Sequence record: OR677401
Origin: Escherichia phage LQ5
DNA: 64,000 nucleotides
Reading direction: 5' to 3' (one strand)
Under the pieces are notes generated by a model. It searched no databases, was not told the DNA's origin, and saw nothing but the letters and a program-made list of their open reading frames with translations. Positions 27,167 through 38,579 of the stretch are shown here, one piece after another (the first letter of the stretch is position 1; each line of letters opens with the position of its first letter). The translations under genes were made by a program, and so were the position numbers.

Positions 27167-29422
27167 ATGCAAGTACAAAAAAGTAGTGGTGTATCCCAAG
27201 ATTTTGACGCACAAAAAATTATTAAAGTTCTGACTTGGGGATGTGAAGGAACCCAAATCGACCCCTATGAATTATACGAAGAAATCAAATCTCATCTTCG
27301 TGATGGTATGACTACCAAAGATATCCAGAATCTGACTGTTAAGGTAGCAGCCAACCTTATCTCGGTTGAAGAGCCTGATTACCAATATGTTGCTGCAAAG
27401 CAATTGATGTTTGCACTGCGTAAAGAAGTTTACGGCCAGTTTGAACCGCGTAGTTTTATCGACCATATTTCCTATTGTGTTAACGAAGGTAAATATGACC
27501 CTGAATTGCTGTCTCGATATTCTGCAGAAGAAATTACTTTCTTAGAATCTCATATCAAGCATGAACGTGACTTTGAATTGACCTATGCAGGTGCGATGCA
27601 GCTGAAAGAGAAATATCTGGTTAAAGATAAGACTACGGGTAAAATCTACGAAACCCCTCAGTTCGCTATCATGTGTATTGGCATGGCCTTACACCAAGAA
27701 GAGCCAGGTAATCGTTTGGCACATATTATTCGTTTTTATGATGCTGTAAGTACCCGTCAGGTTTCATTACCAACTCCTATTATGGCTGGAGCACGTACAC
27801 CGACTCGCCAATTTAGTTCTTGTGTGGTTATTGAAGCAGGCGACTCACTGAAATCTATTAACAAAACTGCTAACTCGATAATTGAATACATTTCTAAACG
27901 TGCAGGTATCGGCATCAACGTTGGTATGATTCGTGCTGAAGGTTCTCGTATTGGCATGGGTGAAGTCAAGCATACCGGTGTTATTCCATTCTGGAAACAT
28001 TTCCAGACTGCTGTTAAATCATGTTCACAAGGTGGAATCCGTGGCGGCGCTGCTACTGCTTATTATCCTATTTGGCATTTGGAAGTTGAAAATCTGCTCG
28101 TTCTGAAAAACAACAAAGGCGTAGATGAGAACCGTATTCGTCATATGGACTACGGAATCCAGATGAACGACCTTATGATGGAACGTTTCGGTAAAAATGA
28201 TTACATCACGCTGTTTAGTCCTCATGAAATGGGTGGTGAGCTTTATTATTCTTATTTCGAAGACCAAGACCGTTTCCGTGAATTGTATGAAGCAGCTGAA
28301 AAAGACCCTAGTATTCGTAAGAAACGTATTAAAGCACGTGACCTCTTTGAATTGTTCATGACTGAACGTTCAGGCACTGCACGAATTTATCCTCAGTTCG
28401 TTGATAACACTAACAACTTCACACCATTTATTCGTGAAAAAGCTCCTATTCGACAGAGCAACTTGTGTTGTGAAATTGCTATCCCGACTACTGACGTGAA
28501 TAGTCCGGACGCCGAAATTGGTTTGTGTACGTTGTCTGCATTTGTGCTGGATAACTTCGATTGGCAGGACCAAGACAAAATCAACGAGCTCGCTGAAGTC
28601 CAGGTACGTGCACTTGATAACCTATTGGACTACCAAGATTATCCTGTTCCTGAAGCTCTGAAGGCCAAGAAACGTCGTAATCTGGGTGTTGGTGTTACGA
28701 ACTATGCAGCTTGGTTAGCAAGCAACTTTGCTTCTTATGAAGACGCAAACGATTTAACTCATGAACTGTTTGAGAGATTACAATATGGGCTTATCCGAGC
28801 ATCAATCAAGTTGGCCGAAGAAAAAGGACCTTGCGAGTATTATTCAGACACTAAATGGTCTCGAGGCGAATTACCTATCGACTGGTACAATAAAAAGATT
28901 GACCAAATCGCAGCCCCTAACTATGTTTGTGACTGGACGTCGTTGCGGGAAGACTTGGCTAAACATGGCATCCGTAATAGCACATTATCAGCACTTATGC
29001 CGTGCGAATCAAGCAGCCAGGTTTCCAACTCTACAAACGGTATCGAACCTCCGCGTGGCCCGGTAAGTATTAAAGAATCTAAAGAAGGTAACTTCCGTCA
29101 GGTAGTTCCTAATGTAGAACATAACCAAGGGCTCTACGATTACGCTTGGACCCTCGCTAAGAAAGGTAATAAACCTTATCTTACCCAAGTGGCGATTATG
29201 TTGAAATGGGTATGCCAATCTGCATCAGCTAACACGTATTATGACCCACAGATTTTTCCAAAAGGAAAAGTTCCGATGTCTGTAATGCTTGATGACCTGC
29301 TATATTTCTGGTATTATGGCGGAAAAAATCTCTATTATCACAATACCCGTGATGGTTCTGGTACTGACGATTACGAAATCGAAACTCCTAAAGCCGACGA
29401 TTGTGCAGCATGTAAGCTTTAA
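27167..29422 (+). CDS. nrdA: aerobic ribonucleoside-diphosphate reductase large subunit
   Basis: 751 aa (T4 NrdA ~754 aa); class Ia RNR alpha hallmarks including the C-terminal redox-active cysteine pair in the tail (...DDCAACKL). Confidence 0.93.
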   Translation: MQVQKSSGVSQDFDAQKIIKVLTWGCEGTQIDPYELYEEIKSHLRDGMTTKDIQNLTVKVAANLISVEEPDYQYVAAKQLMFALRKEVYGQFEPRSFIDHISYCVNEGKYDPELLSRYSAEEITFLESHIKHERDFELTYAGAMQLKEKYLVKDKTTGKIYETPQFAIMCIGMALHQEEPGNRLAHIIRFYDAVSTRQVSLPTPIMAGARTPTRQFSSCVVIEAGDSLKSINKTANSIIEYISKRAGIGINVGMIRAEGSRIGMGEVKHTGVIPFWKHFQTAVKSCSQGGIRGGAATAYYPIWHLEVENLLVLKNNKGVDENRIRHMDYGIQMNDLMMERFGKNDYITLFSPHEMGGELYYSYFEDQDRFRELYEAAEKDPSIRKKRIKARDLFELFMTERSGTARIYPQFVDNTNNFTPFIREKAPIRQSNLCCEIAIPTTDVNSPDAEIGLCTLSAFVLDNFDWQDQDKINELAEVQVRALDNLLDYQDYPVPEALKAKKRRNLGVGVTNYAAWLASNFASYEDANDLTHELFERLQYGLIRASIKLAEEKGPCEYYSDTKWSRGELPIDWYNKKIDQIAAPNYVCDWTSLREDLAKHGIRNSTLSALMPCESSSQVSNSTNGIEPPRGPVSIKESKEGNFRQVVPNVEHNQGLYDYAWTLAKKGNKPYLTQVAIMLKWVCQSASANTYYDPQIFPKGKVPMSVMLDDLLYFWYYGGKNLYYHNTRDGSGTDDYEIETPKADDCAACKL

Positions 29423-29475
29423 TAAAATCTGATTATAATTGACTCATGGATGAGTCACTAACAAATGAGAATAAT

Positions 29476-30615
29476 ATGTCTACAGTTTTTAATACCACCC
29501 CAGTTGATGTTTTAGTCGAGCCGATGTTCTTTGGTTCAGGATTGGGTATTGCCCGTTATGATATCCAACGTCATAAAGTATTCGAAGAGCTTTGTGAAAA
29601 GCAGTTGAGTTTTTTCTGGCGTCCAGAAGAAGTCAACTTGATGATGGATGCTGCTCAATTTAATAAGCTTCCACAATTCCAACAAAATATTTTTACCAAT
29701 AACCTGAAGTATCAATCACTTCTGGATAGTATCCAAGGACGTGCTCCTTCTGCTGCACTTCAAGCCTTGATTTCCGACCCTAGCCTTGATACTTGGGTTG
29801 CTACATGGACCTTTAGTGAGACCATTCACTCTCGTTCTTATACCCATATCATGCGTAACCTCTATACAGACCCATCTAAGGTATTTGATGAAATTCTGTT
29901 AGATGATGCTATCATGAAACGTGCCGAATCCATTGGTCGTTATTATGATGACGTTATCGAGAAAACTCGCCTTTATCAGAATGCTTTAGAAGAATATCAT
30001 GAGTTTAGCGAAGGCGTAAAACAGGCTAAATACGAACTAATGCGTTCTCTTTACCTCTGTCTGCACGTAATCAACGCCCTGGAAGCTATTCGTTTTTACG
30101 TATCTTTCGCATGCACCTTTAACTTCCACAAAAATATGGAAATCATGGAAGGTAATGCTAAGATTATGAAGTTCATTGCACGTGATGAACAGCTTCACCT
30201 TAAAGGTACTCAGTACATTATTCGTCAACTTCAACTTGGTACTGATGGCGATGAATGGGTTAAAATTGCTCAAGAGTGCGAACAAGAAGCAGTTGATATT
30301 TTCATGGAAGTTAACCGTCAAGAAAAAGAATGGGCCGCTCACCTGTTCAAAGACGGTACTTGCCCTGGATTAAATACTCAGAACATGGGTGCTTTTGTCG
30401 ATTACCTGACAGTTTCTCGTATGAAGCAATGCGGCTTACCATGTCCTATTACTGATGCCCCTGCCCGCCATCCATATCCTTGGATTCGCGAATACCTGAA
30501 CTCTGATGCTGTACAGGCTGCTCCTCAGGAAGTGGAAATCAGTTCTTACCTTGTAGCACAAATTGATAACGATGTTGATGAAAAAGTAATGGCATCGTAC
30601 AAGAAATATTTTTAA
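29476..30615 (+). CDS. nrdB: ribonucleoside-diphosphate reductase small subunit (uninterrupted)
   Basis: MSTVFNT.PVDVL.EPMFFGSGLG.ARYDIQRH.VFEEL...Q.SFFWRPEEVNLMMDAAQFNKLPQ.QQNIFTNNLKYQSLLDSIQGRAP essentially as T4 NrdB; no intron. Confidence 0.93.
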   Translation: MSTVFNTTPVDVLVEPMFFGSGLGIARYDIQRHKVFEELCEKQLSFFWRPEEVNLMMDAAQFNKLPQFQQNIFTNNLKYQSLLDSIQGRAPSAALQALISDPSLDTWVATWTFSETIHSRSYTHIMRNLYTDPSKVFDEILLDDAIMKRAESIGRYYDDVIEKTRLYQNALEEYHEFSEGVKQAKYELMRSLYLCLHVINALEAIRFYVSFACTFNFHKNMEIMEGNAKIMKFIARDEQLHLKGTQYIIRQLQLGTDGDEWVKIAQECEQEAVDIFMEVNRQEKEWAAHLFKDGTCPGLNTQNMGAFVDYLTVSRMKQCGLPCPITDAPARHPYPWIREYLNSDAVQAAPQEVEISSYLVAQIDNDVDEKVMASYKKYF

Positions 30616-30642
30616 GGAATGGGGCTTCGGCCCCTTATTGCT

Positions 30643-31056
30643 ATGAAAGAAATCGCAGACGAATTTAGCTTTATCAAGTACGTCACCCTAGAACTCCAAG
30701 ATGACGCCACCATAGCTCCACTTACGGTACCAAATAAACAAAATGTCATATATGCTATAGCGGTTGATGATATACTAGTCTACGTCGGGAAGACTAAAAA
30801 TCTTCGTAAGCGCATCAACTACTACCGAACCGCTATTAATCGTAAGGACCAAACGTCGGATTCGACCAAGTCCATTCTGATTCATGAAGCATTAATGGCA
30901 GGTAAAAAGGTAGAGTTCTATGCACGGCAGTGCTTTAATCTGTCGATGACTAACGAACTTGGAACTATGTCAGTTGAGACCATGTCTCTTGAAGAGCCAA
31001 TGTTCATAAAAAAATTTAATCCACCTTGGAATACCCAACACCGATTAAAAGGATAA
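30643..31056 (+). CDS. denA: endonuclease II (GIY-YIG family)
   Basis: MKEIA.E.SFIKY..LEL.D.......PNK.NVIYAIA.DD.LVY.GKTKNLRKRINYYRTAINRKD.TSDSTKS.LIH.AL matches T4 EndoII; preceded by GGGGC-UUCG-GCCCC hairpin. Confidence 0.88.
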   Translation: MKEIADEFSFIKYVTLELQDDATIAPLTVPNKQNVIYAIAVDDILVYVGKTKNLRKRINYYRTAINRKDQTSDSTKSILIHEALMAGKKVEFYARQCFNLSMTNELGTMSVETMSLEEPMFIKKFNPPWNTQHRLKG

Positions 31057-31060
31057 AGCA

Positions 31061-32209
31061 ATGATTGAATTATATGATAACTTGATGGCCCTGGTTAAAA
31101 ACTCGACTAAATCTAAGTTCTTCTTTAAAGACTTTCAGAGTGCGCTAGGAGTCAACTATCGCATCTTTAGTTATAACTATGCATCGTACAGTGATTGGTT
31201 GGAAGACGGCGCACTAGAGTGCCGAGGCATTATGTTTGAAATGGACGAGAACGGTCCTGTACGTATTGCTGCTCGTCCTATGCAAAAGTTCTTTAACCTC
31301 GACGAAAACCCACTGACTATCGGTCTGGATTTGTCGCCAGAAAATATCGACCTCGTGATGGCTAAGGAAGATGGTTCTCTGATTTCTACATTCATGGACC
31401 GACAGTATCTTTCTGTTAAATCTAAAGGCTCTATCCATTCATCAATGGTGCATGATTCTTTACGGTTCCTTCGTCTCCCTGAGAACGAGGCTTTTGCTGC
31501 CCGTCTGGAAGAAATCACCAAAGCTGGGTATACCTGCAACCTTGAATATGTTGCACCTACCAACCGTATCGTGCTGGCTTACCAAGAAACAAATCTCATC
31601 CTGTTGAACGTTCGTAATAATGAAACAGGTGAATATATCCCGTATGCTGAATTGTTTAAGGACGGCGCGCTGCGTAAGCATTTGGTTGAAAGCTATGACC
31701 TCGCTGAAGGTGATTTCGTAGAAAACATCCGTAAGCAGGAAGGCATTGAAGGTTTCATCTTTGTACTGAAAGATGGTACGTTCTTTAAACTCAAAACCGC
31801 CTGGTACAGTGCACTGCATCATACCAAAGATTCCATTAACAACAACGAACGTTTGTTTGAAGTTGTAGTGGCTGGTGGAACTGATGACCTTCGTGGTCTG
31901 TTCAGTACGGATTCGTTTGCTATCGAGAAAATCGATGCCTTTGAACGCATCCATTTAGATTACTTAGAACAATCATTGGCCTTGTTAGAAGCAGCGTATT
32001 CTCAGCTCAAGGGCCGGGACCGTAAGGACTACGCCGTTACAGGTCAATTAATCCTTAAGGACTTCCCAGGGTTGTTCTCTATTCTTATGCAGGCGTACGT
32101 AGGTGGCATTAATTATGATACGGTTGTAGACCAGATTAACTCTGTGTTCTTGAAAAACCATAAAGCCCAAATCCCTGAAAAATATTTGAAAGAAATTGTG
32201 GTAGAGTAG
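31061..32209 (+). CDS. rnlA: RNA ligase 1
   Basis: 382 aa; YRIFSYNYASYSDWL...ALECRGIMFEMD...KEDGSL (ligase motif I lysine)...VAPTNRIVLAYQE..IILLNVR.NETGEYI matches T4 Rnl1. Confidence 0.92.
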   Translation: MIELYDNLMALVKNSTKSKFFFKDFQSALGVNYRIFSYNYASYSDWLEDGALECRGIMFEMDENGPVRIAARPMQKFFNLDENPLTIGLDLSPENIDLVMAKEDGSLISTFMDRQYLSVKSKGSIHSSMVHDSLRFLRLPENEAFAARLEEITKAGYTCNLEYVAPTNRIVLAYQETNLILLNVRNNETGEYIPYAELFKDGALRKHLVESYDLAEGDFVENIRKQEGIEGFIFVLKDGTFFKLKTAWYSALHHTKDSINNNERLFEVVVAGGTDDLRGLFSTDSFAIEKIDAFERIHLDYLEQSLALLEAAYSQLKGRDRKDYAVTGQLILKDFPGLFSILMQAYVGGINYDTVVDQINSVFLKNHKAQIPEKYLKEIVVE

Positions 32210-32237
32210 TTTACATCTCCTCATGATGTGTTAGTAT
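32209..32237 (+). promoter_or_regulatory. T4-type early promoter (cassette variant)
   Basis: gtttac, 17-nt spacer, tagtat -10. Confidence 0.55.
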
Positions 32238-32266
32238 AGACTTACCAACTAATGAGGAGAAAACAA

Positions 32267-32767
32267 ATGAATATGCAAATGATTACTAACGAAATGGTTG
32301 TTAAGGCTTTTGGTGACTCTACTGACGGTATCCAAGTTTTTAAAGGTTCTCGTGCAGTAGGTTACCTGACCGATCTTCGTGTTACTTTAGCTAAAAATGC
32401 TAAAAAGAAAATCAAGCAAAAAGAATACTCTACCCGTTATGCTGAAGAAAAGCGTGAAGCCATGCCTGAAGCTGTCAACTCTATGGTTGAGTTTCTCCAA
32501 AACAACCTTTCCAAATACGATGCCGAGGTATTCATTAACATCAGCCAGCCTAATGTTAAAATCTCAGGCATCACGTTCTATTTGATTTGTGACCCATTAA
32601 GCGACAAGTTTAATCGCCTTGGCATTTCAAGTCCTTACCATACTGCTGAAGAATTATGTTTTATGTTTGAAACGTATAAAATTCAGTGTGAAAATCCTAA
32701 AACGGTTCTTATTAATTCCCTGTCACGTGATGACATCATCGAGATTATTACCAAATGTCTAAATTAA
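32267..32767 (+). CDS. alc: putative Alc (host-transcription unfolding/termination protein) by position
   Basis: 166-aa ORF between rnlA and the spanin pair, as in T4; sequence identity not verified from memory. Confidence 0.45.
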   Translation: MNMQMITNEMVVKAFGDSTDGIQVFKGSRAVGYLTDLRVTLAKNAKKKIKQKEYSTRYAEEKREAMPEAVNSMVEFLQNNLSKYDAEVFINISQPNVKISGITFYLICDPLSDKFNRLGISSPYHTAEELCFMFETYKIQCENPKTVLINSLSRDDIIEIITKCLN

Positions 32768-33108
32768 GTATTTACCTTTTAGCTGGAGCCATTGCAGTAG
32801 GTGCTTATGGTTTTATTTCGTATCAATCAAGCCGTATTGATACCCTTACCGAAGAACTGAAAACTACCCAGCAAACGGCAAAACAGAACGCTGAAGCTGT
32901 AGAGGACCTTCGTGGTCAATACTCTGATATTGAATTCCGTACTACTGAAATGAATGCCCGAATGGATAAAATTAAGGTAGAAAATGAAAAGCTCCGTAAA
33001 GATTCGAAGAAGGCGCACGTGGTGGCAAGTAAGCCAGGACTGGTCGAAAAACAAATCAACAAGTCCTTCGATTCCTTTACAGAAGACTTCAGGAGCATTA
33101 CAGAATGA
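32755..33108 (+). CDS. i-spanin (Rz-like; pseT.3 equivalent)
   Basis: 117 aa; N-terminal TMD (LSIYLLAGAIAVGAYGFISY) followed by charged coiled-coil region. Confidence 0.6.
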   Translation: MSKLSIYLLAGAIAVGAYGFISYQSSRIDTLTEELKTTQQTAKQNAEAVEDLRGQYSDIEFRTTEMNARMDKIKVENEKLRKDSKKAHVVASKPGLVEKQINKSFDSFTEDFRSITE

Positions 33109-33395
33109 TTAAATTATCTGTAGTAGTATTATCTATTGGCTTGTTAGTTGGATGTGCCCAGGACATTCCTGTAGTGCCTAAGCAACAACTGCATCCTTCA
33201 TGGCCACAACCTATTGCCGAACATAATGTTAAATGGCAGGTTAAGGTAATCGATGGTAAGGCCTGGGTTGGAATGCCATTTGAAGATTCCCAAGAACATC
33301 GTATTTGGTTGAATGACGTAAAAAGATATGTACAAGACCAGAAATCTATGTTATGTTATTATCGTTCCGGCCTAAAAGAGGAGAAGTGCAAATGA
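33105..33395 (+). CDS. o-spanin lipoprotein (Rz1-like; pseT.2 equivalent)
   Basis: 96 aa; signal peptide with lipobox LLVGC; ATGA overlap with i-spanin. Confidence 0.6.
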   Translation: MIKLSVVVLSIGLLVGCAQDIPVVPKQQLHPSWPQPIAEHNVKWQVKVIDGKAWVGMPFEDSQEHRIWLNDVKRYVQDQKSMLCYYRSGLKEEKCK

Positions 33396-33499
33396 TTGAG
33401 ACATGTGTTTGCGGTTGGGATGCCGTTAGATTTGGCGCTGCATTCTTTTGCTTTGGTATCGTGTTCAGCATGTGTATGCATGGTCTTTTCGGAAAGTAG
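33392..33499 (+). CDS. possible 35-aa hydrophobic peptide
   Basis: ATG overlapping the o-spanin stop; MIETCVCGWDAVRFGAAFFCFGIVFSMCMHGLFGK. Confidence 0.25.
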   Translation: MIETCVCGWDAVRFGAAFFCFGIVFSMCMHGLFGK

Positions 33500-33528
33500 T
33501 TTACAAACTCTTGGGAGCAGAGTATAAT
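33499..33528 (+). promoter_or_regulatory. early promoter with inverted repeat (GGAGCA/TGCTCC) bracketing -10 TATAAT
   Basis: gtttac, 18-nt spacer, tataat. Confidence 0.55.
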
Positions 33529-33562
33529 GCTCCTACGGATTATAAAAATTGAGGAAATTATT

Positions 33563-34766
<1,204 letters not shown>

Positions 34767-34767
<1 letters not shown>

Positions 34768-34964
34768 TGAATAATATCGAAAAGATTTTTCGTACAATCG
34801 AAGAAATTGAAAAACGTAAATGCTTTTTCTTCGGCGTGTGGCCTTTAACTGATGGACGCATTGGCCTGGATGTTATGGACTATAAAGATGAAGACAAGGT
34901 CGATGGTGGTATTTTTAAATCCGCTCCTGAACTCCTTGCCTTCTTGGAAGAACATTATGTATAA
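34767..34964 (+). CDS. hypothetical small protein
   Basis: Track ORF 34737..34964; ATG overlapping the pseT stop (TAATG). Confidence 0.4.
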
Positions 34965-35172
34965 CAAACACCATGAAGTTGAAGAAGAAGCTTATAAAGA
35001 GCTTCAGAAACTGGTAGGTCTGAATATGTCTCCTGCCCTCATTAACTCACTAGCAGCCCTTCGTAATGACCTCAATGAACGTTACAAAGGCGAGTACTAT
35101 GTTGAGTTCGTTCCTCTGACTGAAGTCGTTGACAGGTTTATTGTTAACGTGAAGGTCCATACAGTACACTGA
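34957..35172 (+). CDS. hypothetical small protein
   Basis: Track ORF 34852..35172; internal ATG (MYNKHHEVEEE...) overlaps upstream stop. Confidence 0.4.
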   Translation: MYNKHHEVEEEAYKELQKLVGLNMSPALINSLAALRNDLNERYKGEYYVEFVPLTEVVDRFIVNVKVHTVH

Positions 35173-35179
35173 GGTTATT

Positions 35180-35458
35180 ATGTTCCCTACTTATTCTGAA
35201 ATTGTTAAAACCGTTTTTAGTCAGATTGTATCTGATTACCTATACGAACCCGTCGACACGTCGACTGAACTAAAAGTGCACGGTCGCTTGTCTGCTATTC
35301 TGGAAATCATGTTCCCGGATGCGGTTGATGCAATCACTGTTCAACTCACGCCTGGGGCAGCATTTGCAATTGTTCCATTTAAAATTGATAATCACATTTT
35401 GGCTATTTCATGCAAAATGGACTTCCAGAAACAAACGGTAGTTGTCGAAGCAATTTAA
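35180..35458 (+). CDS. hypothetical protein
   Basis: 92-aa ORF with GAGGTTATT-ATG. Confidence 0.45.
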   Translation: MFPTYSEIVKTVFSQIVSDYLYEPVDTSTELKVHGRLSAILEIMFPDAVDAITVQLTPGAAFAIVPFKIDNHILAISCKMDFQKQTVVVEAI

Positions 35459-35520
35459 GTGTTTACTTTCACCAAGGACGGTGATATGATGACCTTACCG
35501 AAACAAATGAGGAAATCGAA

Positions 35521-36075
35521 ATGAGCCAGTTCTTTGAAGAGCGTAAGTTTTATAAGTTCGTCGGTGAATACACTAAAAACAAATTCACTAATAACGGTGC
35601 TTACGGCCTCAATACAGCTTTTGCCAAGTATGTAGGTATGAACCCGTTTGAAGTTGAAATTGATTACCATAACGGGAAGCCACGTGTAAGCCGAATTCGT
35701 GTATACGATGAGTTGATGTTTGTTGACCTGAGCAAAATCACAGGTAATCCCGACGATGCAACTAGTGTTCTTTTTAATTCAGTAGGCGCCTTTGCCCATG
35801 AATTCGAATACTTTATTGAAGTAGTACGTCCACTGGCTACTACGAGTATTGCTGTAAAGCCGGAACCTAAGCCAGTAAAAGCTACAGCCGATTGGAAAGT
35901 GCTTATTGTTAAAAATGGTAAGATTGAAGTTCATTCTCGCCATAACACAAAGGAACAAGCCGATCGTCAGGCCGAAGAGCTTTTGACCAGCTCGTTCCAA
36001 CAAGTGTGTTATATTGTTAAAGGCGATGTTACCCAAGCTACCACTACCAAACAACTTAAGTTGGAGACCATCTAA
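35521..36075 (+). CDS. hypothetical protein (cd.x region)
   Basis: 184-aa ORF with GAGGAAATCGAA-ATG. Confidence 0.5.
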   Translation: MSQFFEERKFYKFVGEYTKNKFTNNGAYGLNTAFAKYVGMNPFEVEIDYHNGKPRVSRIRVYDELMFVDLSKITGNPDDATSVLFNSVGAFAHEFEYFIEVVRPLATTSIAVKPEPKPVKATADWKVLIVKNGKIEVHSRHNTKEQADRQAEELLTSSFQQVCYIVKGDVTQATTTKQLKLETI

Positions 36076-36311
36076 TGCTGAGCGAACAACCTATTACTGT
36101 AGAGCAGTTCCACGTTAAAGTTAAAGAATTTGCTCAAGCCCTGATTAATAAGGTTTCTGTACGTTTTCCTGACGCAACTCTGCGAGTAATCCAGGAATCA
36201 CCGCGCGCGGTATTGGTTATCGTTAATCCTAAAAATGGCGACCAAATTACCCAGTTGAAACTCGGTTCAGATGGTTTGGTCGAAGCGCAGAGGGTGTATA
36301 TTGATGCTTAA
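36075..36311 (+). CDS. hypothetical small protein
   Basis: 78-aa ORF, TAATG overlap. Confidence 0.45.
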   Translation: MLSEQPITVEQFHVKVKEFAQALINKVSVRFPDATLRVIQESPRAVLVIVNPKNGDQITQLKLGSDGLVEAQRVYIDA

Positions 36312-36642
36312 TTTAAAACTAGCAGTTAATGCCACCTTACAATCTGACGAAGACGGAGACCATCGAGGTCTCTCTGAAAAGGCTACTCAGTACATCAAAG
36401 ACCTTTTTAAACTGAGTGAAGATTTCCAAAGCATCCATACTTCAACATATGATGCTGTGCTGGCTACTGTTCTTCCGGTTGAAATTGGTGATCGAATTCC
36501 GGCAGCGGTATTTTTCGATAAACAAAAACGCTTCCCAGACGGTTATGGTATATTAACCTCACGTGTGAAATCTATCACTAAACTTCGTACCGATTTATAT
36601 CGTGTCGAAACCAATAATACAGCTTATCTAGTGGTGATGTAA
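36304..36642 (+). CDS. hypothetical protein
   Basis: Track ORF 36271..36642; ATG at 36304 overlaps upstream stop. Confidence 0.45.
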   Translation: MLNLKLAVNATLQSDEDGDHRGLSEKATQYIKDLFKLSEDFQSIHTSTYDAVLATVLPVEIGDRIPAAVFFDKQKRFPDGYGILTSRVKSITKLRTDLYRVETNNTAYLVVM

Positions 36643-37187
36643 TGAAAGCAAGCACATATCTTCAGATTGCATATCTGATTTCTCAAGAATCAAAATGTTG
36701 TTCATGGAAAGTGGGTGCGGTTATCGAAAAGAATGGTCGCATTATCTCTACAGGCTATAATGGTTCACCATCCGGTGGTGTTAACTGTTGTGACCACGCT
36801 GTGGAACAAGACTGGACCCGTGTTGTGTATGACCCAGCGCGGATGTCGCATAAATCTGTTCTTCTTAAAGAACACCGCATGGCTCACGCTGCATGGTCAT
36901 CTAAAAATGAAATCCATGCCGAACTGAATGCTATTTTGTTTGCAGCTCGTACCGGAAGTTCTATTGATGGCGCTACGATGTACGTGACGTTATCTCCGTG
37001 CGCTGATTGTGCTAAGTCTATTGCGCAGTCCGGAATTAAAACATTGGTTTATGCTGAGCTCTATGACCGAAATCCTGAAGGTTGGGACGATATCCTCCGT
37101 GAATCAGGCATCGAAGTTATCCAGTATAATCGTACAGGTCTCCGTTCTTTGAACTGGGAATCAATTCAAAACTATTGCGGTGAATAA
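36642..37187 (+). CDS. cd: dCMP deaminase
   Basis: 181 aa; cytidine/dCMP deaminase zinc motifs HAELNA and SPCADCA. Confidence 0.9.
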   Translation: MKASTYLQIAYLISQESKCCSWKVGAVIEKNGRIISTGYNGSPSGGVNCCDHAVEQDWTRVVYDPARMSHKSVLLKEHRMAHAAWSSKNEIHAELNAILFAARTGSSIDGATMYVTLSPCADCAKSIAQSGIKTLVYAELYDRNPEGWDDILRESGIEVIQYNRTGLRSLNWESIQNYCGE

Positions 37188-37492
37188 TGAATATTTTATT
37201 TGAAAAACCTAAACAAGTGGTTACTGTTGATTACACAGATACATTTATTGATGCTCTTCTCCAAAAAGGTATCAAATCTATTAAAGTAGGTCCACTTTAT
37301 GTTATTGAACAGCTTAAAGGCAATTCTACTGGCGAAATTTCGACTCATTCTACTAGTGATATCGAATATGTTATTGACCAATTGGTAAATGTAAACCCAG
37401 AATTGGTATTAGTCCGTGAAGTTCGTAAAGAAACTCGTGGCGGCGAAACCAAGTATATTGTCCGCATTGATTATATAAAAATCGAAGGCTAA
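37187..37492 (+). CDS. hypothetical protein
   Basis: 101-aa ORF, ATGA overlap with cd. Confidence 0.45.
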   Translation: MNILFEKPKQVVTVDYTDTFIDALLQKGIKSIKVGPLYVIEQLKGNSTGEISTHSTSDIEYVIDQLVNVNPELVLVREVRKETRGGETKYIVRIDYIKIEG

Positions 37493-37515
37493 GCATCCTA
37501 ATTGAAGGAAACAAA

Positions 37516-37749
37516 ATGAAATTTCGTTTAGTTAAGTTTTCAGGTCTGAACTCAAAAGGTGAAAACCTGATAGCTTATTCAGTAGAATATAAAAAGTACT
37601 TTTTCTCTCGTTGGAAATCGTACTATAAATCCGAGTGGGTTCGCGCTGAAATGAAATATAAAACGGTGCCTATTCTTGATAATTGCCATAGCCTATTAAG
37701 AGCTCTAAAAGAGCGTAATGCAACCACTATCAAAACTATTCTGGAATAA
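37516..37749 (+). CDS. hypothetical small protein
   Basis: 77-aa ORF with GGAAACAAA-ATG. Confidence 0.45.
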   Translation: MKFRLVKFSGLNSKGENLIAYSVEYKKYFFSRWKSYYKSEWVRAEMKYKTVPILDNCHSLLRALKERNATTIKTILE

Positions 37750-37751
37750 TT

Positions 37752-38051
37752 ATGATTTTAACCGAACAAGAAACTATTCGTCTCCGTGAAAAAGTCAAGA
37801 CTATTTTGTCTGTTGGTTTTCACGAAGTCCTGTTTGAAAAAGCTGATGGCAGCGTTCGTCGTATGACTTGCACTCGTGACTTAGACCTGCTTCCATATAA
37901 AGAAGTCCAGGCCCCTGGCCCAGAAGCTAATAAAGAACCTGTTAATTATATCAGAGTATTTGATACCAAGGTTAATGACTGGCGCTCATTCCGTTTCGAT
38001 AAGCTGGTTTCCGTTAATGGGCTTCAGACTGAAACTCTGCTTGTCCTGTAA
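37752..38051 (+). CDS. hypothetical protein
   Basis: 99-aa ORF. Confidence 0.45.
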   Translation: MILTEQETIRLREKVKTILSVGFHEVLFEKADGSVRRMTCTRDLDLLPYKEVQAPGPEANKEPVNYIRVFDTKVNDWRSFRFDKLVSVNGLQTETLLVL

Positions 38052-38109
38052 TATGCTTTAAGAATAGCGTGTTATTATTAATCTATCAACAAAACAATAT
38101 GGATTAAAT

Positions 38110-38433
38110 ATGGAACTTCCTATTAAAGCGGTCGGAGAATATGTTATTCTCGTTTCCGAACCAAAACAAGCTGGTGATGAAGAAACTACTGCATCTGGTA
38201 TCGTTATTGGCAAACTCCATCAAGGTGAAATCCCTGAACTTTGTGAAATTTATTCTGTAGGACCTGATGTCCCTGAAGATTTTTGTGAAGTAGGCGATTT
38301 GACTCCACTTCCTGTTGGTAAGATTGCTAACGTGCCTCATCCGTTGGTTGCATTGGGTATTAAACAACCTAAAGAAATTAAACAAAAATTCGTTACCTGT
38401 CACTATAAAGCTATTCCTTGCCTTTATAAGTGA
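38110..38433 (+). CDS. 31: gp31 co-chaperonin (GroES analogue for capsid folding)
   Basis: 107 aa; [25 protein letters not shown]...GE.PELC...[53 protein letters not shown] nearly identical to T4 gp31. Confidence 0.92.
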   Translation: MELPIKAVGEYVILVSEPKQAGDEETTASGIVIGKLHQGEIPELCEIYSVGPDVPEDFCEVGDLTPLPVGKIANVPHPLVALGIKQPKEIKQKFVTCHYKAIPCLYK

Positions 38434-38441
38434 TATAAATA
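38434..38441 (+). promoter_or_regulatory. late promoter TATAAATA upstream of rIII
   Basis: exact tataaata immediately after the gp31 stop, ~140 nt upstream of rIII. Confidence 0.45.
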
Positions 38442-38579
38442 ATAATATGGATTGGCTGCCGGACTAGTTAGTTAACCGGAGAATCCTAAGCGGTGGACTA
38501 CAACTGAGAGACTTGCCGAAAGGAAGTGAAATTCAGAAGAACGTGTCCACCAATCTTTATCTCGAATTGAGAAACTAAA